A stretch of 64,000 bases of DNA from an uncultured Solirubrobacterales bacterium (GCA_963799995.1 CAWCZI010000012.1:1964492-2028491), one strand, 5' to 3'; numbered from the stretch's first letter, positions 45,633-56,596 are shown. The notes: generated from the sequence alone by a model not told the origin. Translations and numbers: made by a program.

Positions 45633-46586
45633 ATGCGCGCGGTAGTTCTTCGCGCTTTCAATGCGCCGCTCAAGCTCGAGGAGCGCGACATCCCGTCGGT
45701 CAGAAACGAGGGTGAGAGCGTCCTGCGCGTGCTTGCCTGCGGCGTCTGCCACTCGGACCTCCACGTCGTCGAGGGCTTTTTCGGCTCCGACCTCCCCCTG
45801 GTGCTCGGGCACGAGATCGTGGCCGAGGACGATCGGCTCGGGAACGTGCTCGTCTACGCCCCGTGGGGTTGCGGCGAGTGCCGCTTCTGCCTCGCCACCG
45901 AGGAGATGATCTGCCCCGACGGGCGCGAGGCCGGTCTCTTCCAGGACGGCGGCTATGCCGAGTACATGCGCGTGCCGGCGCGCCGGTACCTGTACCCGAT
46001 CGGAGACCTCGACCCGGTGCAGACGGCGCCCCTGGCCTGCGGCGGCCTGACGCCGTATCGCGCTGTCAAGCACGCGCGCGGCTGGCTCGGCTCCGGCTCA
46101 CGTGCGCTGGTTCTCGGTGCGGGCGGCCTGGGCCAGTTCGGGATCCAGTTCCTGCGGCTTCTGACCGACGCGGCGGTCGACGTCGGCGATCCGTCAGCGC
46201 AGAAGCGAGCGCGGGCGCTCGCGCTCGGCGCGCTCCAGGCGGCGGAACCGTCAGAGCTCGAGGGTCCCTACACCGCCGTGCTGGACTTCGTCGGCTCGGC
46301 TGAGTCGCTCCGTGAGGCGGCCCGGCTCGTCGACCGTCAGGGGGTTGTGATCGTGATCGGGCTGTTCGGGGGGACCGTCCCGTTCGGTCTCGGCGCCGTG
46401 CCGCACGAGGCGCACTTCCTCTCCAGCATCTGGGGCTCCCGGGACGAGCTCGCGGAGCTGATCGAGCTCGCCGGGCGAGAGCAGCTCGAGCACACGATCG
46501 ACACGATGCCGCTCGAGCGAGCCCAGGAGGCGCACGATCTGATCCGCTCCGGACAGGCCCGTGGCCGGATCGTCCTGATCCCGTAG
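45633..46586 (+). CDS. Zn-dependent alcohol dehydrogenase
   Basis: CGVCHSDLH, GHE, CGECRFC, APLACGGLTPY, GAGGLG; RBS GAGGAGG. Confidence 0.92.
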   Translation: MRAVVLRAFNAPLKLEERDIPSVRNEGESVLRVLACGVCHSDLHVVEGFFGSDLPLVLGHEIVAEDDRLGNVLVYAPWGCGECRFCLATEEMICPDGREAGLFQDGGYAEYMRVPARRYLYPIGDLDPVQTAPLACGGLTPYRAVKHARGWLGSGSRALVLGAGGLGQFGIQFLRLLTDAAVDVGDPSAQKRARALALGALQAAEPSELEGPYTAVLDFVGSAESLREAARLVDRQGVVIVIGLFGGTVPFGLGAVPHEAHFLSSIWGSRDELAELIELAGREQLEHTIDTMPLERAQEAHDLIRSGQARGRIVLIP

Positions 46587-46677
46587 CGGCTCCGAGACGC
46601 TCGGCTCACGCCACCGTGTCCGGGGACAGTGCGGCTTACGCCACGCTGAGGCCCGAACCGAATACGCTGCGCGCGAG

Positions 46678-47382
46678 GTGGACGGCGCGCACGACATGGG
46701 CGGGATGCACGGGTTTGGCCCGGTCGTCGAGCCGGGCGGCGAGCTGCCCTACCACGAGCGCTGGGAGCCGCGGGTGTTCGCGATCCAGATGCTGGTGGGC
46801 CTCGAGGGCCTGGGCGCCGGGCCGGGAGGACGGGCGACCCGCGAGGAGATGGACCCGGCTGACTATCTGGCGGCTTCCTACTACGAGCGGTGGCTCTTCA
46901 GCGCCGAGCGGCGCCTGGTGCGAAAGGGCACGATCGCGCCCGGAGATGTGGAGGAGATGATGGGGAGACTCGAGACCGGCGAGCCCATGCCGACCCATCA
47001 CGACGCCGCGATGGCGCAGCGGATCCTGGCCGACCTGCGGGCGGTGTACCCGATGGAGCCGCCGCCTGATGCGGCGCGTTTCAGCGTGAGTCAGCGGGTG
47101 CGCGTCAAACGGATGCACCCGAGCGGTCACACCCGCTGCCCCCGCTACGTCCGCGGCGCGGTCGGCGTGGTCGAGGCCGTGCGCGGAGCCGACCGCCTGC
47201 CCGACCGGGCCGTGTACGGCGAACAGGTGTGCCCGGAACCGGTCTACGCGATCGCCTTCCGTTCCGATGATCTGTGGGGGCCCGGCGACGCGGGGCGGCC
47301 GGACGACGCGGGAAGGTCGGGCGACGCGGGTCCCTGGACCGTCGCCCTCGACCTGTGGGAGAGCTACCTCGAGCCGGCATGA
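46678..47382 (+). CDS. nthB: Nitrile hydratase beta subunit
   Basis: [38 protein letters not shown]. Confidence 0.93.
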   Translation: MDGAHDMGGMHGFGPVVEPGGELPYHERWEPRVFAIQMLVGLEGLGAGPGGRATREEMDPADYLAASYYERWLFSAERRLVRKGTIAPGDVEEMMGRLETGEPMPTHHDAAMAQRILADLRAVYPMEPPPDAARFSVSQRVRVKRMHPSGHTRCPRYVRGAVGVVEAVRGADRLPDRAVYGEQVCPEPVYAIAFRSDDLWGPGDAGRPDDAGRSGDAGPWTVALDLWESYLEPA

Positions 47383-47996
47383 GCCACGACCATCACCATC
47401 CACGCCCGGAATCGGCGGTCGAGCTTCGCGCCCGGGCGCTCGAGGCGCTGCTCGCCCAACGGGGGCTCGTCTCGACGGACGCGATCGACGCGGTTGTCGA
47501 GCTCTACGAGCACGATGTGGGACCGCAGAACGGCGCCAGGGTCGTGGCGCGGGCATGGACTGACGACGAGTACCGGGGGCGTCTGCTGCAAGACGCGGGC
47601 GCCGCGATCGCCGAGCTGGGATTCGGTGGCGCCGAGGGCGACAACATGGTCGTGGTCGCCAACACCCCGGCTGTCCACAACATGGTCGTCTGCACGCTGT
47701 GCTCCTGCTATCCGTGGCCGGTGCTGGGCCTGCCCCCGACCTGGTACAAGAGCTCGCCGTACCGGGCCCGGGCCGTATCTGAGCCGCGCGCCGTGTTGAG
47801 CGAGTTCGGCGTCGAGCTCTCCGATGAGGTCGAGATCCGGGTGTGGGACTCGAGCGCCGAGGTCCGCTACCTGGTGCTGCCGATGCGCCCGAGCGCCAGC
47901 GAGGACTGGAGCGAGGCCGAGCTGGCGACGATCGTCACCCGCGACTGCATGATCGGCACCGGGCTTCCGGCTGTGCCTGAGCGTGTGACCACATGA
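47379..47996 (+). CDS. nthA: Nitrile hydratase alpha subunit, cobalt type
   Basis: Metal motif [10 protein letters not shown] (Thr indicates Co-type), [22 protein letters not shown] at 47379. Confidence 0.95.
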   Translation: MSHDHHHPRPESAVELRARALEALLAQRGLVSTDAIDAVVELYEHDVGPQNGARVVARAWTDDEYRGRLLQDAGAAIAELGFGGAEGDNMVVVANTPAVHNMVVCTLCSCYPWPVLGLPPTWYKSSPYRARAVSEPRAVLSEFGVELSDEVEIRVWDSSAEVRYLVLPMRPSASEDWSEAELATIVTRDCMIGTGLPAVPERVTT

Positions 47997-48340
47997 GCGG
48001 GAGCGCGCCCGAGGGGTTGGTGGACCGCGCGCTGGGCGACGCGCCCGAGCTGGGGTTGGTGGACCGCGCGCTGGGCGACGAGACGCCGCTCCCGCGCGAC
48101 AACGGTGAGCTCGTGTTCGAGGAGCCCTGGCAGGGACGTGCGCTCGGAATGGGCGTCGTCGCGCTCGAGCGCACCGGAGCCTCCTGGCCCGAGTTCCGCC
48201 GGCACCTCGCGTCAGCGATCGCGGCCCGTCCCGCTGTTGAGGGAGAGTCCGCGGCGGCGGCGTACTACACCTGCTGGCTTGATGCACTCGAGGCGCTGCT
48301 CGCCGAGCGCGGCGCGCTCGAGGGTCAGGCGTCGGAGTAG
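47993..48340 (+). CDS. Nitrile hydratase accessory/activator protein with an in-frame N-terminal duplication
   Basis: [32 protein letters not shown] is duplicated (48013-48041 and 48052-48080). Confidence 0.85.
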   Translation: MSGSAPEGLVDRALGDAPELGLVDRALGDETPLPRDNGELVFEEPWQGRALGMGVVALERTGASWPEFRRHLASAIAARPAVEGESAAAAYYTCWLDALEALLAERGALEGQASE

Positions 48341-48365
48341 ATCCGCGGTGTCTGCAAGCGAGCTG

Positions 48366-49766
48366 ATGCGAAAGGACGTGACCGAGCAGGCCGCTCTGGT
48401 CCGCAGCGGGGAGGTGTCGGCCCTCGAGCTCGTGGACGCGGCGATCGCCCGCCTCGAGGGCGCGCGCGAGCTGAACGTCCTTGTCCTCGAGGAGTTCGAT
48501 GCGGCCCGCGAGAGGGCTGCCGGTCCGCTGCCGGATGGTCCGCTGGCGGGTGTGCCGTTCCTGCTCAAGGATCTCGCCGAGCCCCAGGCGGGGCTGCCCG
48601 AGCGCATGGGTTCGCGCGCGCTGCGCAACCACGTCGCCTCCGAGACCGCGTGGACCGTCGATCGCTATCTCGCCGCCGGCCTGATCATCTGCGGGCGCAC
48701 CAACACCCCGGAGTTCGGCAATCACTGCGCGACCGAGCCGTCGCTGTTCGGACCAACGCTGAACCCGTGGGACCCGAGCGTCTCGCCGGGCGGCTCGAGC
48801 GGCGGATCGGCCGCCGCCGTCGCGGCGGGACTTGTCGGCGCCGCGTCCGGCGGCGACGGCACCGGCTCGATCCGGATGCCGTCCTCGTGCTGCGGCCTGG
48901 TGGGCCTCAAGCCGCGCCGGGGCCGCAGCTCCTTCGCACCATCTGCCGGACAGATGCTCGACGGCCTGGTGAACAAGCACGCGCTGACCCGGACCGTGCG
49001 CGACACCGCGCTGCTCCTGGACGTCACGGCGGGGTCTGCTCCGGGTGATCCGTATTCAGCTCCAGCGCCGCAGCGCCCGTTTGTCAACGAGGTCGGCGCC
49101 GATCCGGGAAGGCTGCGGGTCATGCTCGCTCCGGGTCCCCCATTCCCCGGCCACGTCGACCCACGCGTCCAGGCGAGCGCCGACGCAGCCGCGCGGGCGC
49201 TCGAGTCATTGGGCCACGACGTGGAGCCGGGAGCCCCGCAGCTCGACCCCGAGGTAGTGCGCCATGCCATCTCCGTCATCCACGCCGTCGACAACGCCGC
49301 GACCTTCGACGGGGTGACCCGCGAGCTCGGACGTCCTCCGGAGCCCGACGAGCTCGATCCGGTCACCTGGGACATGCTGCGCGAAGGCCTCGCGCTGACC
49401 GCGGTCGACCACTTGTCAGCGATCGCGGATCTCCACGCCCAGACGCGTCGGGCAGCAGCGGCGTTCGAGTCAAACGACCTGCTCCTCTGCCCCACCCTCA
49501 ATCTCCTGCCACCCAAGCCGGGGTCGCTGTCCACCTCGCGCGGCACCGTCGACGCGTTCTTCGATGTCGAGTTCGCCGCGACGGGCTGGACCGCGGTGGC
49601 CAATGCCACCGGCTGGGCCGCGATCACCCTCCCGCTCGGAGAGGTCGAGGGGTTGCCGGTGGGCGTCCAGCTCCTCGCACCGGACGAAGTCGTTCTCCTC
49701 CGGGTCGCCGCGCAGCTCGAGCAGGCGCTTCCCTGGGCCAGCCGCCGGCCGGCGGCCTACGCCTGA
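48366..49766 (+). CDS. Amidase (amidase-signature family)
   Basis: PFLLKDL, GRTNTPEFG, GGSSGGSAAAV, GDGTGSIRMP. Confidence 0.93.
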   Translation: MRKDVTEQAALVRSGEVSALELVDAAIARLEGARELNVLVLEEFDAARERAAGPLPDGPLAGVPFLLKDLAEPQAGLPERMGSRALRNHVASETAWTVDRYLAAGLIICGRTNTPEFGNHCATEPSLFGPTLNPWDPSVSPGGSSGGSAAAVAAGLVGAASGGDGTGSIRMPSSCCGLVGLKPRRGRSSFAPSAGQMLDGLVNKHALTRTVRDTALLLDVTAGSAPGDPYSAPAPQRPFVNEVGADPGRLRVMLAPGPPFPGHVDPRVQASADAAARALESLGHDVEPGAPQLDPEVVRHAISVIHAVDNAATFDGVTRELGRPPEPDELDPVTWDMLREGLALTAVDHLSAIADLHAQTRRAAAAFESNDLLLCPTLNLLPPKPGSLSTSRGTVDAFFDVEFAATGWTAVANATGWAAITLPLGEVEGLPVGVQLLAPDEVVLLRVAAQLEQALPWASRRPAAYA

Positions 49767-49840
49767 GGCCCGACGGCTCCGACCTCCTGACGCGCGAGGC
49801 TCGACGCTCGACGCTCCTACCGCTCCCGAGCCCGGAGGCA

Positions 49841-50128
49841 TCACCTCAGCGCCCCGCCCGGCGGCACCAGGAAGATGTTGTCGGAGATCGCGTCCGCGAT
49901 CTCCTCGATGATCGTGGTGGCCGTGATCACCTCCTCCTCGGAGTGCAGCGGCGTCACATCCGCGATGACGCCGCGGATCAGGGAATGGGCAGCGTCGGGG
50001 ATCGGGGCAGCGTCGGGAGCGGAGCGGCCCGAAGCCTGAGCCTCCACCATGTGGCTGATGATCTGGCTGAGGACACCGCCGCAGGCGAGCATCTGGGTGG
50101 TGAGCTCGTCGATCGTGTCGGGATGCAT
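49841..50128 (-). CDS. Hypothetical protein (about 95 aa)
   Basis: Helical, coding-like ORF MHPDTIDELT...; start uncertain. Confidence 0.6.
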   Translation of the reverse strand: MHPDTIDELTTQMLACGGVLSQIISHMVEAQASGRSAPDAAPIPDAAHSLIRGVIADVTPLHSEEEVITATTIIEEIADAISDNIFLVPPGGALR

Positions 50129-50208
50129 GTTGGAACCGCGGTGATCGTTCATGCATACAAGAGGCTGGACGGAGCCGCTTTCCACCCCCAGACGCAAAAA
50201 AGATTCGC

Positions 50209-50586
50209 ATGAACAGAGAAGAACTCAGAGATCTCTGCCTCACCTTCCGCGGCTCGGAGGAGACATTCCCGTTCGGATTCGAAACCTCGGTGTTCAAGGT
50301 CGCCGGCAAGATGTTCGCCCTCTCGCGCCTGCAGGCCGATCCGCTCAGCGTCAGCCTCAAGTGCGAGCCGCTCCTGGCCCAGCAGCTGCGCGCCGCACAC
50401 ACGGCCATCACCGGCGGCTACCACCTCAACAAGCGCCACTGGAACACTGTCGCGCTCGACGGCTCGCTGCCCGCCACGATGATCGCCGACATGGTCGAGG
50501 ACTCCTACGACCTCGTCGTCAGCCGGCTCCCCCGCGCACGCCGGCAGGCGCTCGGGTGGCGCGGCGACGCTTCCGCCGCCGGATAG
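50209..50586 (+). CDS. MmcQ/YjbR-family DNA-binding protein
   Basis: FPFG..VFKVAGKMFA, SLKCEP, GYHLNKRHWNTV. Confidence 0.92.
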   Translation: MNREELRDLCLTFRGSEETFPFGFETSVFKVAGKMFALSRLQADPLSVSLKCEPLLAQQLRAAHTAITGGYHLNKRHWNTVALDGSLPATMIADMVEDSYDLVVSRLPRARRQALGWRGDASAAG

Positions 50587-50599
50587 CTCGACCGTCAGC

Positions 50600-51814
50600 G
50601 TGGCCGCGCCGCACCACGGCCTGCCTTCTCACCGGCAGCCTGATCGAGCCGCTCAGCGACTGAAACAATGGCGGCTTGTCGCTCACGATCGAAGACCTCG
50701 TAATGACGGGCCGGCGGTGTTGATCGTCCGCAGGACCGGGCTGTGGGGACTGACGGGCGGGCTGGTCGCACTCGGGGCCCACAGCTTCCGGCGCCGGCTA
50801 CGAACGGCGATTGAAGAGCGTGACGATGCGCGGCGCGAGGCTGAGGTGCTGGGCGTCGCGGCACGGGAGTTGAACGCGACGCTTGATCCCGAGTGGGTCG
50901 TCGCGACGGCGGTTCGGCTCGCCGCGGAGATAGCCTCGCCGGCGGGTATGCAAGCGCGGCGCGCGAACTACTGCCGGATCGCTGACGGCGTGGTCAGAGT
51001 CGATGCCGAGTTTGACGCGGCAGGCGAGTACCTGGGGGCGACGTGGCCGTTGGCGGAGCATCCTCTCCTGGCCAGGGCGGTGCGCGAGCGAGTCACGACC
51101 TCCGGGCCGCTCGATCCAGCGCAGCTCGGGCCGACCGTGCGCGACTTGGCGCGCCGACAAGGAGTCGCCCACGGCGCCTGGGTTCCCGTGGTCGTCGATG
51201 GCGATTTGCACGGGGTGCTTGCCGTCGCGGGGCGCAACAGGCCCCTCTCGGAGCGGGAGGTGTCACATTGCGTCGCAATCGTCGCGATCATGGAGCTGGC
51301 GCTGGGGAACGCGATCGCGCATGAATACTCGCGACGCGCCGCGCACACGGACCCGCTCACCTCTCTGGCCAACCGTCGGGGAATGGAGCACCTGGTTCGC
51401 CAGCGCCGCGGACGGCGACCCTTCGCAGTGCTCGCCATCGACATCGACCATTTGAAGGACGTCAACGACCGATACGGCCACGCGGCCGGCGACAAGCTGC
51501 TCCTGTTGACGTCCGACGCGATCGCGTCGGTCGTTCGCACCGGCAACGTGGTGGCCCGGGTGGGCGGGGATGAGTTCGCCTGCGTGGTCTTTGACTCCGA
51601 CGAGAACGGCGGCGCGCAGGTCGCCGCACGGATGCTGGACGCACTACTCCGGATATCTCACCTTGGTCAGACGCCACACATCAGCATCGGCGTCGCTTGC
51701 GTCGACCCCGGGGAACCGCTTGACGGTGGCCTGCGCGACGCAGACGACGCGATGTACGCGGCCAAACGGGCAGGCGGGATGCGCTACGCCCTGGCCGGCT
51801 CCGACGGAGGCTGA
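50600..51814 (+). CDS. GAF-GGDEF diguanylate cyclase (start uncertain)
   Basis: DPLTSLANRR, DIDHLKDVNDRYGHAAGD, ARVGGDEF. The I-site RxxD is altered to RTGN. Confidence 0.85.
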   Translation: MAAPHHGLPSHRQPDRAAQRLKQWRLVAHDRRPRNDGPAVLIVRRTGLWGLTGGLVALGAHSFRRRLRTAIEERDDARREAEVLGVAARELNATLDPEWVVATAVRLAAEIASPAGMQARRANYCRIADGVVRVDAEFDAAGEYLGATWPLAEHPLLARAVRERVTTSGPLDPAQLGPTVRDLARRQGVAHGAWVPVVVDGDLHGVLAVAGRNRPLSEREVSHCVAIVAIMELALGNAIAHEYSRRAAHTDPLTSLANRRGMEHLVRQRRGRRPFAVLAIDIDHLKDVNDRYGHAAGDKLLLLTSDAIASVVRTGNVVARVGGDEFACVVFDSDENGGAQVAARMLDALLRISHLGQTPHISIGVACVDPGEPLDGGLRDADDAMYAAKRAGGMRYALAGSDGG

Positions 51815-52001
51815 GGTCCGCCCGCGCGCGGAGGTGGCGGCGATCGGCGACCTCTGAGAATCTCGCCCCGGTTTCCGGCGAGATGTCGGCTATGCTGAGG
51901 TGTCTAGGGCTCGCGAACGCTGGCAGAGGCCGGTTTCGCAGGTAATGGGGCAAGCCAACGAACAGGTACGCGCGAGGCGCGTCCTGGATAGGAGCATGGA
52001 G

Positions 52002-54833
52002 ATGAGCCGCAGTGCAGCCGGGCGCCGGCAATGGCGCCATGTAGGGCTGATCATCATCGGGGCGTGGCTCATGGCGGCGGTCATCGCCTCCACCGCGGCC
52101 GCGGCGACGACCAGCGTGGCGCAGATCTCCACCTACGCGGGCAGTTCACAGTCCGGCCCGATCCCCGCGACGAGCATCGGTATCGGGGCGTGGGGCGTGG
52201 CCACGTCCGGCGGGAACCTGTTCATCACCGACGTCAACGGCGACGTCATTCGCAAGGTCGCGGCGAACGGAACCCAGACGGTCACGGCAGGTGATGGCAG
52301 CTATGCCACCGCAACGAGCGACGGGCGGCCCGCCACGACCACCGGAATCTCGAACCCTGGCGGAGTCGCCACAGACTCGCGCGGCGACCAGCTCATCGCG
52401 GACACCGCGAACCAACGCGTACGGCTGGTGGCGGCGTCCGCGTGCTCGTCCTCCTGCCCCTTCGGTCTGGCCTCGATGACCGCCAGGGACATCTACACAG
52501 TGGCGGGCACCGGCGCCGCCGGCTACTCGGGCGACGGCGGACCGGGCGCGGCGGCCACGCTCCACGCTCCCACCGGGGTGGCGACCGATGCAAGAGGAGA
52601 TGTGCTGATCGGCGACGCCGTCAACAACCGCGTCCGGATCGTCGCGGCGTCCGCGTGCGCATCATCGTGCCCGTTCGGTCTGACCTCGATGACCGCCGGA
52701 CACATCTACCTCGTCGCCGGAAACGGCAACACCGGCTACACGGGCGATGGCGGACCTGGCACCGCGGCAGCCGTCTACTACCCGGTGGGCGTCGCGACCG
52801 ATCCTCGCGGAGACGTGCTCATCGCCGAGAACATCGGCAACCTGGTGCGGATCGTGGCGGCCTCGTCGTGCTCGTCGGCCTGCCCTTTGGGCCTCCCCTC
52901 GATGACCGCAGGACATATCTACCTGGCGGCCGGCAACGGCACCGCCGGCCTCTCCGGTGACGGCGGACCCGCCACCTCGGCCGAGCTCAGCGACCCCTAC
53001 GGGGTGGGCGCTGACGCGAAGGGCAATCTGCTCATCGCTGACAGCAACAACGCCCGGGTACGGATGGTGGCCACCTCAGCCTGTTCGTCGGCGTGCCCGT
53101 TCGGCCTCGCCTCCACGGTCGCAGGGGACATCTACACCGTCGCCCACACCGCAGCGGGGTATCCGGCCTTCCCGACCGGCGTGACCGCGGATTCCAAGGG
53201 GAACCTGCTGATCGGCGACAACGGCTCCTCCAGCGTACGGATGGTGGCCGCGGCCTCCTGCTCGTCGGCATGTCCATTCGGTCTGCCGTCGACCACGGCC
53301 GGCCAGATGTATGTCGTCGCCGGCAACGGCAGCACGGGCTACTCGGGCGATTCCGGGGCTGCCACCACCGCCGGGATCAGCGATCCTCGCGGCGTCGCCA
53401 CCGACTCCAAATACGACGTACTGATCGCCGACAGCGTCGACAATCGCGTGCGCATGGTGGCCGGGACCTCATGCTCGTCCTCGTGTCCGTTCGGCCTCGC
53501 ATCCACCGTCAAGGGCCAGATCTATACGGTCGCCGGCACCGGCAACTTCTCCGGGCCCGAGGGGGACGGTGGCCCCGCCACCTCCGCCGCGCTCTGGAAC
53601 CCGGACGGTGTCGCCGTCGATGCCAAGGGCAACCTGTTCATCGCCGACACCGACAACAGTCGTATCCGCATGGTCGCCGCCGCCTCTTGCTCCTCGGCAT
53701 GCCCGCTCGGCCTCCCCTCCACCACCAGAGGAGACATCTACACCGTGGCCGGCAACGGCACCACCGGCGATTCGGGCGACGGTGGCCCGGCAACCTCCTC
53801 CGTCGTCTACTTCCCCGAGAGCGTTGCGGTCGACGCCACGGGCGACCTGATCATCAGCGACACCTACAACAGTCGTGTCCGCATCGTGGCCGCGACGTCG
53901 TGCTCCTCCGCATGCCCGCTCGGCCTCCCCGCGACCACCGCCGGTGACATCTACACGGTGGCCGGCGGCGGAACCGGCGGGCTGGGCGACGGCGGCCCGG
54001 CCATAGCGGCCAAGCTCGCCTATCCGGCGGGTGTGGCGGTCGACTCCAAGGGCGACCTGCTGATCGCCGACGCCAACGACCAGCGCGTGCGGCTGGTGGC
54101 TCGCGCCGCCTGCTCCTCCTCGTGCCCGCTGGGCCTGGCCTCGACCTTGCGTGGCGACATCTACACCGTGGCCGGCAGCGGCGGCTTCGGCGGCTCGGGC
54201 GACGGCGGCCCCGCCACCTCCGCAGCGCTCGGACTGTCCGGCAACTTCACCTCGGGCGTCGCCCTCGACCCCAGAGGCGATCTGCTGATCGGCGACGCCC
54301 TCAACGGCCGGGTGCGGCTGGTGGCCAACGCGTCGTGCGCGTCCGCATGCCCTCTCGGGCTGAGTGCGACCACACGCGGAGACATCTACACAGTGGCCGG
54401 CGGGGGCACGTCCGGACTGGGCGACCATGGCCTGTCAACCGCCGCGCAGCTCGCCTACCCATCGGGTGTGGCGGTCAATGCCCGAGGTGACCTGTTCATT
54501 GCCGACGCCAAGAACAACCGCGTGCGGTTCGTCACGGTGCCCCCTCGCAACACGGTTCGGCCCGTGATCTCCGGCACCCCGAAGTCAGGGCAGACCCTGA
54601 CGACGACGACGGGAACGTGGGCCAGTCCGAGCGACGTGACCTACGGCTATCGGTGGCTGCGATGCACGAGCACCGGCACCAGCTGCGTGATCATCACGGG
54701 CGCAACCGGCTCCTCCTATACGCTGGCCAGCCCCGACGTGGGGCACAAACTCTCGGTCTCGGTCACCGCCACAGACGTGGAGGGTCAGGCTGCGAGCATC
54801 GCAGCCACACCGGTCGGGCCTGTGACGAGCTGA
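52002..54833 (+). CDS. Secreted NHL/teneurin-like beta-propeller repeat protein with C-terminal Ig-like domain, 943 aa
   Basis: Signal peptide; repeated GDGGPAT..L..P.GVA.D..G.LLIAD..N.RVR, each with a CxxxCP(F/L)GL insert (10 copies); C-terminal PVISG...TGTW...YRWLRC domain. Confidence 0.85.
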   Translation: MSRSAAGRRQWRHVGLIIIGAWLMAAVIASTAAAATTSVAQISTYAGSSQSGPIPATSIGIGAWGVATSGGNLFITDVNGDVIRKVAANGTQTVTAGDGSYATATSDGRPATTTGISNPGGVATDSRGDQLIADTANQRVRLVAASACSSSCPFGLASMTARDIYTVAGTGAAGYSGDGGPGAAATLHAPTGVATDARGDVLIGDAVNNRVRIVAASACASSCPFGLTSMTAGHIYLVAGNGNTGYTGDGGPGTAAAVYYPVGVATDPRGDVLIAENIGNLVRIVAASSCSSACPLGLPSMTAGHIYLAAGNGTAGLSGDGGPATSAELSDPYGVGADAKGNLLIADSNNARVRMVATSACSSACPFGLASTVAGDIYTVAHTAAGYPAFPTGVTADSKGNLLIGDNGSSSVRMVAAASCSSACPFGLPSTTAGQMYVVAGNGSTGYSGDSGAATTAGISDPRGVATDSKYDVLIADSVDNRVRMVAGTSCSSSCPFGLASTVKGQIYTVAGTGNFSGPEGDGGPATSAALWNPDGVAVDAKGNLFIADTDNSRIRMVAAASCSSACPLGLPSTTRGDIYTVAGNGTTGDSGDGGPATSSVVYFPESVAVDATGDLIISDTYNSRVRIVAATSCSSACPLGLPATTAGDIYTVAGGGTGGLGDGGPAIAAKLAYPAGVAVDSKGDLLIADANDQRVRLVARAACSSSCPLGLASTLRGDIYTVAGSGGFGGSGDGGPATSAALGLSGNFTSGVALDPRGDLLIGDALNGRVRLVANASCASACPLGLSATTRGDIYTVAGGGTSGLGDHGLSTAAQLAYPSGVAVNARGDLFIADAKNNRVRFVTVPPRNTVRPVISGTPKSGQTLTTTTGTWASPSDVTYGYRWLRCTSTGTSCVIITGATGSSYTLASPDVGHKLSVSVTATDVEGQAASIAATPVGPVTS

Positions 54834-54926
54834 GGAGCAACAGGCGATCCGGCGGCCGGCGCCGGTCCCGGCCGCCTACATGCCTCCTCGAGCGTTCGGC
54901 GTGGGCGACCCGGGCGGTGCTCAGTT

Positions 54927-54976
54927 GTCACAGAGTGGTCACATTCCTTGACCTAAAAAGGGCGCGGCGCCAAGCT
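54927..54976 (+). promoter_or_regulatory. Leaderless promoter with an upstream OmpR/PhoB-type direct repeat
   Basis: GTCACA-N5-GTCACA (54927-54943, 11-nt period), TTGACC (54948-54953), 17 nt, CAAGCT (54971-54976), 7 nt, ATG. Confidence 0.55.
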
Positions 54977-54983
54977 GCCGGTC

Positions 54984-55190
54984 ATGCCCTGGACGCTCGA
55001 GGCAAAGATCGAAGCGGAGCACCGGCTCCGGGAGTTGCTGCGCTCGGAGGGGCTGCCTCAGCCTGACGAGGTGGAGTACAGCTACACCTGCGTGCGCTTC
55101 ATCTTCCACGAAGCAAAGGCGTGCATCGTGATCGATCTCGATGAGGGCGACCGCGATGGCGGCTCCGGCCCCCGCACGTGCGTTGAGTAG
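54984..55190 (+). CDS. Small hypothetical protein (68 aa)
   Basis: Complete promoter directly upstream; protein-like sequence EAEHRLRELLRSEGLPQPDEVEY..CVRF. Confidence 0.7.
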   Translation: MPWTLEAKIEAEHRLRELLRSEGLPQPDEVEYSYTCVRFIFHEAKACIVIDLDEGDRDGGSGPRTCVE

Positions 55191-55254
55191 GGTGGACTCG
55201 CTCGATCGGCGCTCCGCGGTGCTCGCCGCCGACCGTGATGGCAGACTCTGCGGG

Positions 55255-56088
55255 GTGTCTGGGGACCCACGCGCGGGCGCCGAGTTTGTGGTGGCCCTGA
55301 ACCCGCAGGCGGACAGCAAGCTCCCGTACCTCGTGCGCCTGCCGCTCGATGACGGGCTGGTGCTCAAGGCGCGGGAGAAATGGCCCGTGAGCGCGCGCGT
55401 CTATTGCCATCGCTTCGAAGAGCCGTGGCCGGCCGACGCCGAGGTGGTCGAACGCGAGCCCGTGCGTCTGTGCCGCCGACGGGGCGCAGCGGTCGACCTC
55501 GTGCTGGAACGTGGTTCGCAGGCGCGGTCGCAGTTCATCTTCACGCAGGTGCGCGGCCGCAACGCGATCTTCTGGCAGACCCAGCGGACGGCTAAATCTG
55601 CCAATCCGGGCGCTCGCGTGCCGCGCGGCCGAACACTCAGCGAGCCGCTCGCGGTCCTGGTGGACACGCGCGAGCGCTATCCCTACCGCTTCTCCACCCT
55701 GCCCGTCGAGCGCCACCGCGAGGCGCTGCCCGCAGGCGACTACGGGGTCCGCGACGCCAATGGCGACCTGCTGGCCGCCGTCGAGCGCAAGACGCTCGAG
55801 AACCTTGCGAGCTCTCTCTCCGATGGCAGCCTCGTCTTTCAGATGGGACGGCTGGCGGAGTTGCCGCTCGCCGCGGTGGCCGTGGAGGGCCGGTACGCGG
55901 CGCTGCTTGTTCACCCGCATGCGCCGGCCGGGTGGCTGGCCGATCAGCTCGTTCGGGTCCAGACCCGCTACCCACAGGTACCCGTGGTGTTTCTCGATTC
56001 TCGCCGCCACGCAGAGGACTGGACCCACCGTTTCCTCGCCACCGCCCTCACCGACCGCCAAGCAATCGCCGACACCCCGCCGACCTGA
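55255..56088 (+). CDS. ERCC4-domain (XPF-like) nuclease
   Basis: LVDTRERYPY, LPAGDYG, AVERKT, QTRYP. GTG start with CAGACT 7 nt upstream. Confidence 0.85.
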   Translation: MSGDPRAGAEFVVALNPQADSKLPYLVRLPLDDGLVLKAREKWPVSARVYCHRFEEPWPADAEVVEREPVRLCRRRGAAVDLVLERGSQARSQFIFTQVRGRNAIFWQTQRTAKSANPGARVPRGRTLSEPLAVLVDTRERYPYRFSTLPVERHREALPAGDYGVRDANGDLLAAVERKTLENLASSLSDGSLVFQMGRLAELPLAAVAVEGRYAALLVHPHAPAGWLADQLVRVQTRYPQVPVVFLDSRRHAEDWTHRFLATALTDRQAIADTPPT

Positions 56089-56092
56089 GAGC

Positions 56093-56596
56093 TCACCTGG
56101 TCAGGATCTTCTGGAGCAGGACAAGGTCTCGCCACGAACCTCTCGTCTGGCCGACCTCGGGCATGCGGCCTGTCTCGCGGAACCCTGCGCGAGTGTGGAA
56201 GCGCAACGAGCCGTCGTTCTCGGCGTCGATGCCAGCGACCATGACATGAGCGCCGCGAGTCCGCAGCGTCGCTTCCATCGCATCAAGCATGCAACCCCCG
56301 ACACCGCGAGAGCGAACGTCCCGGCGAACGTGAACCGAGTGCTCCCAGGACGCCGCATAGCCCGGCCACGGACGAAACTGCTCGGCGGCGATAAAGCCGA
56401 GCACGCCTGAGGCACCTGTCGCAACGAGGATCGGGTACCCCATCGTCGAGCTGTCCGCGAGCCATTGCCGACGCTCGGCAACCGAGGTGGGCTCATCCCG
56501 CCAGATCGTGAACGTCGTCTGCATCACATCGTTGTAGATGGCGACGATCGCCGCAAGATCGCCTTCCTCCGCGGGCCGTATCAGCCGATCGCTCAT
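56093..56596 (-). CDS. GNAT acetyltransferase (phosphinothricin acetyltransferase/MddA-like)
   Basis: AIYN, EHSVHV, RSRGVG, NDGSLRFH, EVGQTRGSWRD. Confidence 0.9.
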   Translation of the reverse strand: MSDRLIRPAEEGDLAAIVAIYNDVMQTTFTIWRDEPTSVAERRQWLADSSTMGYPILVATGASGVLGFIAAEQFRPWPGYAASWEHSVHVRRDVRSRGVGGCMLDAMEATLRTRGAHVMVAGIDAENDGSLRFHTRAGFRETGRMPEVGQTRGSWRDLVLLQKILTR

